Assembly: GCA_964515925.1 (NCBI GenBank)
Contig: CAZEYP010000003.1
Span: forward strand, 21,628-85,627
DNA length: 64,000 nt
Source: an uncultured Nitrospirota bacterium
GTDB taxonomy: Bacteria > Nitrospirota > Thermodesulfovibrionia > Thermodesulfovibrionales > JdFR-85
Direction of reading: 5' to 3'
Shown: in pieces, positions 58,348 through 64,000 of the stretch
How positions within the stretch are numbered: position 1 is the stretch's first letter
Layout of the letters: every line of letters starts with the position of its first letter
Program-made: the position numbers and the translations under genes
The notes under the pieces: model-generated
Told to the model about the DNA's origin: nothing
What the model saw: the letters and a program-made list of their open reading frames with translations, nothing else
Database searches by the model: none

Positions 58348-58389
58348 TGATTTATGATTTTAGATTTTAGATTTATGATTTATGATTTA
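58348..58389. repeat. heptamer tandem array (TGATTTA/AGATTTT, 6 units)
   Basis: Reads tgattta tgatttt agatttt agattta tgattta tgattta. On the minus strand it encodes the last 5 codons and the stop of clpA. Confidence 0.85.
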
Positions 58390-60631
58390 TGGTCTTCAAA
58401 AATATTCCTTTTTCCCCAGAATAGTCAACCTCCACAGTGCCGCCTTTTCGTAGTTTTCCAAAAAGTATCTCATCGGATAGTCTGTCTTTTATTTCATCCT
58501 GAATCACCCTTGCAAGGGGTCTTGCGCCAAATCGAGGGTCAAAACCCTTACGGGCAAGAAAGTTCCGTGCTGAATCTGAGAGTCTTAATATGATTCGTTT
58601 CTGATTTAGCTGCCCCTGAAGCTCTTTTATGAATTTATCTACCACGCTGAGCATTATTTCGTGATTCAGTGGCCTGAAGTTGATAATTGCATCCAGTCTG
58701 TTTCTGAACTCCGGGCTGAACAGACGGTTTATCTCTTCCTTCGACCTTGAAAGGGCATCGTGGTTTCTGTTTCCAAACCCTATTGGGCTTTGCTGCATAA
58801 GCTGAGCCCCTGCGTTGGAGGTCATGATCAGTATTACATTTCTGAAGTCAGCCTTTTTACCGTTGTTGTCAGTCAAAGAGGCATAATCCATCACCTGAAG
58901 CAGTATGTTGAATACATCGGGATGGGCCTTTTCAATCTCATCAAGAAGCAGTACTGCATAGGGGTATCTCCTGATGGCATCAGTAAGGAGCCCTCCCTGG
59001 TCAAATCCAACATAACCTGGCGGTGCACCAATGAGGCGGGCTACCGAGTGCTTTTCCATGTATTCACTCATATCAAACCTGATAAACTGCACACCAAGGG
59101 TGATTGCGAGCTGACGGGCTACTTCTGTTTTCCCAACTCCTGTTGGGCCTGTGAAAAGAAAAGAACCAATTGGCTTTTGAGGCTCTCTCAGGCCTGCCCG
59201 TGCCCTTTTTATGCTGGATACCAGTTTGTGTATGGCCTCATCCTGTCCAAAGACCACAGATTTCAGATCCTCCTCCAGTTTCCGAAGCCGCTCGGTCTCA
59301 GTGGTAGAAATAGTTCGAGCAGGGATACGTGCTATCCTTGAGACGATTCTCTCTATGTCCTTTATACCAACTACCTTTCTCTGCCCCTTTAGTTTGACCT
59401 CTGCAGCAGCCTCGTCAATCACATCTATCGCCTTGTCAGGAAGGAATTTATCGCTGATATGTTTTGCTGACAGTTCGGCCGCTGCTTTTAATGCACCCTC
59501 TGTATAACGGATACCGTGAAACTCCTCGTAATAGTTTCTTAATCCCTTGAGTATCTTTACAGTTTCCTCTATAGTGGGCTCCTGTAACTCAACCTTTTGA
59601 AACCTTCTTGACAGAGCACGGTCTTTTTCAAAGTACTTTTTGTATTCCTCAAAGGTGCTTGCACCTATGCATCTTATTTTTCCAGAGGCAAGAAAGGGCT
59701 TAAGGATATTGGAGGCATCCAGTGAGCCACCACTTGTTGCCCCTGCACCAACCACAGTGTGAATCTCGTCAATGAACATAATGGCACCTTCTATCTGCTG
59801 AAGCCTCTTTATTGTTGCCTTCAGTCTTGCCTCGAACTCTCCCCGATACTTGGTGCCTGCAATCATACCACCAAGGTCAATGGCAAATATCTTTGCATCC
59901 TTCAGTATATCTGGCACATCGCCGGAGGCAATCTTTATTGCAAGCCCCTCAACAAGGGCTGTCTTTCCTACACCTGGCTCTCCCACAAAGACTACATTGT
60001 TTTTTCTTCTTCTGGCAAGTATTTGGATCGTCCTTTTCAGCTCTTCCTGCCTGCCAACAATAGGGTCTAACTCTCCCTTTCTTGCCTTCTCAACAAGCTC
60101 TGTGGTGTATAGCTCCAGAGGGTCTGCCTTCTGTTTTCCCCTTTCTCTGCGATGTGGCTGCTCATCGGGCTCTCCGAATTCATAATCCTCTGCCTCCTGC
60201 CTTTTAGAGACACCATGGGAGATATAATCAAGTATGTCAAGCCTGCTGATTCCCTCGGCATCAAGGAGGTCAACTGCGTAGGAGTCTTCCTCGTAAAATA
60301 TAAAGGCGAGCAGGTCTCCAGCATCTGCCTCCTGTCTTTCAGCAGCCCTTACATGCTCTATAGCCCTTGATATTACGCGCTGGAAGGCCACTGTGGGTTG
60401 TGGCTGCTCATCAGGTCTCAACCTTTTAGTAGGTATGTAATTTTCAAAATACTCCTCAAGTGACTGCCTTAAAAACTCAAGATCAGCGCCACAGTTATGG
60501 AGTATCTCTCTACCCCATTCATCCTCCAGTATTGCGGAAAGCAGATGCTCCACAGTTACATATTCATGCCCTTTCTGTTTTGCCCTTTTTATAATCCTTT
60601 GAATAGATGTCTCTATATCTTTACTTAACAT
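58373..60631 (-). CDS. clpA: ATP-dependent Clp protease ATP-binding subunit ClpA
   Basis: N-domain, two AAA+ modules ([16 protein letters not shown]) and an IGF loop. Follows clpS. ATG 60631 is preferred over the track start 60685. Confidence 0.9.
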   Translation of the reverse strand: MLSKDIETSIQRIIKRAKQKGHEYVTVEHLLSAILEDEWGREILHNCGADLEFLRQSLEEYFENYIPTKRLRPDEQPQPTVAFQRVISRAIEHVRAAERQEADAGDLLAFIFYEEDSYAVDLLDAEGISRLDILDYISHGVSKRQEAEDYEFGEPDEQPHRRERGKQKADPLELYTTELVEKARKGELDPIVGRQEELKRTIQILARRRKNNVVFVGEPGVGKTALVEGLAIKIASGDVPDILKDAKIFAIDLGGMIAGTKYRGEFEARLKATIKRLQQIEGAIMFIDEIHTVVGAGATSGGSLDASNILKPFLASGKIRCIGASTFEEYKKYFEKDRALSRRFQKVELQEPTIEETVKILKGLRNYYEEFHGIRYTEGALKAAAELSAKHISDKFLPDKAIDVIDEAAAEVKLKGQRKVVGIKDIERIVSRIARIPARTISTTETERLRKLEEDLKSVVFGQDEAIHKLVSSIKRARAGLREPQKPIGSFLFTGPTGVGKTEVARQLAITLGVQFIRFDMSEYMEKHSVARLIGAPPGYVGFDQGGLLTDAIRRYPYAVLLLDEIEKAHPDVFNILLQVMDYASLTDNNGKKADFRNVILIMTSNAGAQLMQQSPIGFGNRNHDALSRSKEEINRLFSPEFRNRLDAIINFRPLNHEIMLSVVDKFIKELQGQLNQKRIILRLSDSARNFLARKGFDPRFGARPLARVIQDEIKDRLSDEILFGKLRKGGTVEVDYSGEKGIFLKTINHKS

Positions 60632-60635
60632 AGCT

Positions 60636-60944
60636 TTACTCCCTTTCCATATAGCATTTAAGGGGAAACTGGTTAGCCCGTGCAAGACGATGCACGGTGT
60701 CCACCTTTGTCTCGGCTATCTCCTTTGTGTAGACCCCGCAAAGTCCCATTCCCCTTCTATGCACATGAAGCATAATCTGTACAGCCTCTTCATAGGGCTT
60801 GCCGAAGACCTCCTGAAGCACAAACACAACAAAGTCCATGGTGGTATAGTCGTCGTTCAGGAGATAGACCCTGTACATGGGTGGTTTTTTTGTTTTTTTC
60901 CTTGTTCTGGTTTTTTTTACGGTTTCCGTTAAACCCTCTGACAT
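60636..60944 (-). CDS. clpS: ATP-dependent Clp protease adaptor ClpS
   Basis: [24 protein letters not shown]...[13 protein letters not shown], a canonical ClpS core. Confidence 0.9.
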   Translation of the reverse strand: MSEGLTETVKKTRTRKKTKKPPMYRVYLLNDDYTTMDFVVFVLQEVFGKPYEEAVQIMLHVHRRGMGLCGVYTKEIAETKVDTVHRLARANQFPLKCYMERE

Positions 60945-61120
60945 GACAAATTACTGTCTCCTGTTTATGTTTTTTGTCAATTCTTCAACTTTAACAATTA
61001 TATTTTACCTTAAATCTACCAAAAACTGTCCTGCCTTTGAGAGGTGATTTGAATCATGGATAATCTGGCATGTATTTTGTATAAATAAATGTAGTGTTGT
61101 TTAAGGAAGTTTTGTTCAAG

Positions 61121-61150
61121 TTGACAACCTGCATGAAAAACAATTATTAT
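61121..61150 (+). promoter_or_regulatory. putative promoter of clpC (TTGACA-N18-TATTAT)
   Basis: TTGACA at 61121-61126 and TATTAT at 61145-61150, giving a roughly 40-nt leader with AAAGGAG before ATG 61196. Confidence 0.45.
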
Positions 61151-61195
61151 GAAATTAAGGAGAATACACCAAAAGGGTGAAACAAAGGAGATTTT

Positions 61196-63640
61196 ATGTT
61201 TGAGAAATTTACAGAAAGGGGAAGAAAGGTAATAATATATGCCAAGGAAGAGGCAGAGAGAAGACAGAATGACTACCTGGGTACTGAACATCTTCTCCTT
61301 GGTCTGATAAGAGAGCAGGATGGTCTTCCAGTTGTAATACTGAAAAAGATGGGTATCTCCATTGAAGACCTGAGGATGGAGATTGAGAGAAACCTGCCTG
61401 CACCCACAAATCTGCTTACCTTTGGTGACATACCCTTCACACCCCGCGCCAAAAAGGTTCTTGAGCTTGCTATAGAGGAAGCAAGGCTGCTTGGGCACAA
61501 TTATATTGGAAGTGAGCACTTGCTATTAGGTTTGATTCGAGAGGATGAGGGCATTGGTGGTAAGATTCTGAGAAACCATGGCGCCAATCTGCTTGGTGCA
61601 AGACAGCTTGCCATAAATCTCTCAATGAAGACCCATCCCCATGTGCGTGAGCGTAGGACCCACACTCCAGCACTTGACGAGTTCGGAAAAGACCTCACTA
61701 CACTTGCCAAGAAGGGAAAACTTGACCCTGTCATTGGCAGGGAAAAGGAGATTGAGAGGGTACTGCAGATACTTGGTCGTAGAATCAAAAATAACCCTGC
61801 CATTATCGGTGAGCCAGGGGTTGGTAAAACAGCGATAGTTGAAGGGCTTGCCCAGAGGATTGTTACTGGAGATGTTCCTGATCAGATGCTTGGAAAGAGG
61901 ATTGTCTCTCTTGACCTTGGCGCCCTCATTGCCGGAACAAAATACAGAGGGCAGTTTGAGGAGAGGCTCAAGGTGGTGATGAAGGAGATCGTCCAGTCTG
62001 ACAATATCATACTGTTTATAGATGAGCTGCATACACTGATTGGTGCAGGTGCAGCAGAGGGCTCGGTGGATGCATCGAATATGCTGAAGCCTGCACTTTC
62101 AAGAGGAGAAATACAGTGTATTGGCGCAACCACTGTTGATGAATATCGCAAATACATTGAAAAAGATGGTGCCCTTGAGAGGCGTTTTCAACCAATATAC
62201 ATAGAGCCACCAACGGTTGAAGAGACCATAGAGATTTTAAATGGCCTGAAGCAGAAATACGAGGCTCATCACAGAGTAAAATACAGTGAAGAGGCAATCG
62301 AGGCAGCAGCAAAGCTTTCAGACCGTTACATTGCAGACAGAAATCTACCAGATAAGGCAATAGATGTTATAGATGAAACCGGCTCAAGGATAAAACTGAA
62401 GAGATACACCCCGCCGCATGAACTGAAGGAGATTGAGCAGGACCTTGAAAGACTTTCAAAGGAAAAGACACTTTACATCAAGCTTCAGGATATAGAGAAG
62501 GCAGCGGCAATCAGAGGCGAGGAAGAAAAACTGAGAAGGCTTCATGAACAGGTTCACAAACAGTGGCGTGACAACCTTACAAAGGAAATACCGGTCATCA
62601 GTGCTGAAGACATTGCCTATACGGTATCAAAGATGACAGGTGTGCCTTTGCTGAAACTGGAGCAGGAAGAGAGCGAAAAACTACTTCACATGGAAGAGGA
62701 ACTGCACAAGAGAATCATTGCACAGGACGATGCAATAAAGGCTGTCTGCAGGGCAATCAGGCGCTCACGCACAGGTATTAAAAACAGAAAGAAGCCGATT
62801 GGTTCTTTTCTGTTTCTCGGGCCAACAGGTGTTGGAAAAACAGAGCTTGCCAAGGCACTTGCAGAGTTTCTGTTTGACGATGAAAACTCACTTATCAAGA
62901 TTGATATGTCAGAGTACATGGAGCGGTTTAATGTCTCAAGGCTTACAGGTGCGCCTCCTGGTTATGTGGGTTATGAGGAAGGTGGACAGCTTACAGAGCA
63001 GGTGCGTAAAAAACCCTATTCAGTTATACTCTTTGATGAGATAGAAAAGGCACATCCTGATGTCTTCAACATCCTGCTACAGGTGCTTGACGAAGGTGTG
63101 CTTACCGATAGCTTTGGACGAAAGGTTGATTTCAAAAACACGGTGATAATCATGACATCAAACATCGGGGCAAGACTTATCGAGAAGGCAACGCCACTTG
63201 GTTTCCACAGAACAAGCTCAGAGGACATCTACGACAAGATAAAGACCAATGTTATGAATGAGCTCAAGAAGACCTTTAATCCAGAGTTTCTTAACAGGAT
63301 AGACGAGATGGTGGTATTTCATCCTCTTGAAAAGGAGCATCTGTTCTCCATTATAGACCTGCTCATAGATGAGACAAACAAACAGCTTATAGAGCAGGAA
63401 CTGGTTCTTGAGCTCACTGATGAGGTAAAGGAATGGCTCGTGGAGAAGTACTATCAGCCAATTTACGGTGCAAGGCCCATGCGGAGGGCAATCCAGAAGG
63501 AGATAGAAGACTACCTGTCTGAGGAGATTCTAAAGGGCAGGTTTGCCGGGGCAAACAAGATAATCGTGGTGCTTCAGGATGGTGCTCCGGCATTCAAAAC
63601 TGCCGAACCTCAGGAGCTGATCACAGCAAGCGTAAATTAA
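61196..63640 (+). CDS. clpC: ATP-dependent Clp protease ATP-binding subunit ClpC (Clp_N repeats, UVR-like linker, two AAA+ modules)
   Basis: FTERGRKVI and [10 protein letters not shown] appear twice. GEPGVGKT and GPTGVGKT Walker A motifs. A UVR-like segment [15 protein letters not shown]...[13 protein letters not shown] loop. Confidence 0.9.
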   Translation: MFEKFTERGRKVIIYAKEEAERRQNDYLGTEHLLLGLIREQDGLPVVILKKMGISIEDLRMEIERNLPAPTNLLTFGDIPFTPRAKKVLELAIEEARLLGHNYIGSEHLLLGLIREDEGIGGKILRNHGANLLGARQLAINLSMKTHPHVRERRTHTPALDEFGKDLTTLAKKGKLDPVIGREKEIERVLQILGRRIKNNPAIIGEPGVGKTAIVEGLAQRIVTGDVPDQMLGKRIVSLDLGALIAGTKYRGQFEERLKVVMKEIVQSDNIILFIDELHTLIGAGAAEGSVDASNMLKPALSRGEIQCIGATTVDEYRKYIEKDGALERRFQPIYIEPPTVEETIEILNGLKQKYEAHHRVKYSEEAIEAAAKLSDRYIADRNLPDKAIDVIDETGSRIKLKRYTPPHELKEIEQDLERLSKEKTLYIKLQDIEKAAAIRGEEEKLRRLHEQVHKQWRDNLTKEIPVISAEDIAYTVSKMTGVPLLKLEQEESEKLLHMEEELHKRIIAQDDAIKAVCRAIRRSRTGIKNRKKPIGSFLFLGPTGVGKTELAKALAEFLFDDENSLIKIDMSEYMERFNVSRLTGAPPGYVGYEEGGQLTEQVRKKPYSVILFDEIEKAHPDVFNILLQVLDEGVLTDSFGRKVDFKNTVIIMTSNIGARLIEKATPLGFHRTSSEDIYDKIKTNVMNELKKTFNPEFLNRIDEMVVFHPLEKEHLFSIIDLLIDETNKQLIEQELVLELTDEVKEWLVEKYYQPIYGARPMRRAIQKEIEDYLSEEILKGRFAGANKIIVVLQDGAPAFKTAEPQELITASVN

Positions 63641-63668
63641 GATTTTCACAATTTCTTCAAATTTTTCT

Positions 63669-63713
63669 GATAACCTTAAAGGGTCTAAGGCTCTTTAAGG
63701 TTATCTTTTGTTT
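63669..63713 (+). terminator. rho-independent terminator after clpC
   Basis: Perfect 13-bp stem GATAACCTTAAAG / CTTTAAGGTTATC (63669-63681 and 63693-63705) with an 11-nt loop, followed by TTTTGTTT. Confidence 0.6.
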
Positions 63714-63776
63714 ACATAAACATACCGAAGTCTTTTGCGGAGACTGAAGGATAAAAACTCTGGCGGAGATTTTTAA

Positions 63777-64000
63777 ATGAAAAGCAAAGCGCTGATTCTT
63801 GTTGTATTGTTGGGGCTGGGAGTTTTTTTTGTAATATATACTCAGAGGATAAAACCACCACAAAGAGCACAGGCAATTGTTGGACTTGATGCTCCAGATT
63901 TCAAGGTGGTTGACAAAAATGGAAAACAGATCACCCTGAAGGACCTCCGTGGTAAGACCGTCTTTGTTCACTTCTGGGCATCATGGTGTGGTGAGTGCAG
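63777..64000 (+). CDS. TlpA/ResA-like thiol:disulfide oxidoreductase, 5' part (runs off the window)
   Basis: ATG 63777, signal/TM anchor, then APDFKVVDKNGKQITLKDLRGKTVFVHFWASWCGEC (WCxxC thioredoxin motif). Not in the ORF track because there is no stop in the window. Confidence 0.7.
   Translation, partial: MKSKALILVVLLGLGVFFVIYTQRIKPPQRAQAIVGLDAPDFKVVDKNGKQITLKDLRGKTVFVHFWASWCGEC

Noticed and set aside
60945-61195. CtsR box or CIRCE (HrcA) operator in the clpS/clpC divergent region.
   Set aside because: I found no GGTCAAA direct repeat and no TTAGCACTC-N9-GAGTGCTAA inverted repeat in the 250-bp spacer. Only a sigma70-like promoter candidate is present.
58373-63640. The divergent clpS-clpA and clpC genes, together with nearby aat, as an unusual system.
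   Set aside because: This is an ordinary N-end-rule and proteostasis gene set. Both unfoldases have normal domain architecture and ClpP-docking loops. It is worth noting but not anomalous.

Overview
This is a 64-kb chromosomal window from a bacterium I cannot identify with certainty. GC looks moderate by eye. The gene content (archease/RtcB, QueH, PhoH-PgpH-YbeY-DgkA, SpoIID, DivIVA, a BamE-like lipoprotein, PilT, Aat-ClpS-ClpA) would fit a deep-branching anaerobic diderm such as Nitrospirota or Thermodesulfobacteriota, but that is a guess. I call about 71 protein genes and 2 tRNAs (Gln-UUG, Pro-GGG). I see no rRNA, no CRISPR array and no transposase, integrase or phage genes. Most genes are housekeeping: murI, rph, rdgB, acs, rplM-rpsI, argC, zwf-pgl, rsmA, queA, queH, ubiB, alaS, recA/recX/recN, proC, hisS and clpA/S/C.

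Four things stand out:
1. rtcB is a single reading frame interrupted by one TGA exactly at the codon of the conserved active-site metal-ligand Cys, and a stable hairpin follows it. This makes it a candidate selenocysteine RNA ligase that pipelines would split or call a pseudogene.
2. A tightly packed minus-strand operon (24.5 to 18.2 kb) encodes a PilZ-zinc-ribbon-methyltransferase fusion, a ketoreductase, a KS plus a His-less KS partner, a dedicated ACP and a CrtI-family FAD oxidoreductase. It looks like an orphan type II PKS/FAS-like lipid or polyene cassette. It runs on into a hybrid histidine kinase and zwf-pgl.
3. A modular family of intergenic micro-tandem repeats occupies at least 11 spacers. 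The units are 7-mers such as TACACCC/TACACGC, TAGAATT and TAGTTTT, and 9-mers NNTTGCGTT. The arrays often form inverted pairs, perfect hairpins and G4-type G-tracts. In three copies a composite element ends 12-15 nt before a start codon, and some arrays donate the last codons and stop codon of genes.
4. Several genes, and tRNA-Gln, have strong -10 elements placed so close to the start that the transcripts should be leaderless.

All functional calls come from motif recognition by eye. No database searches were run.
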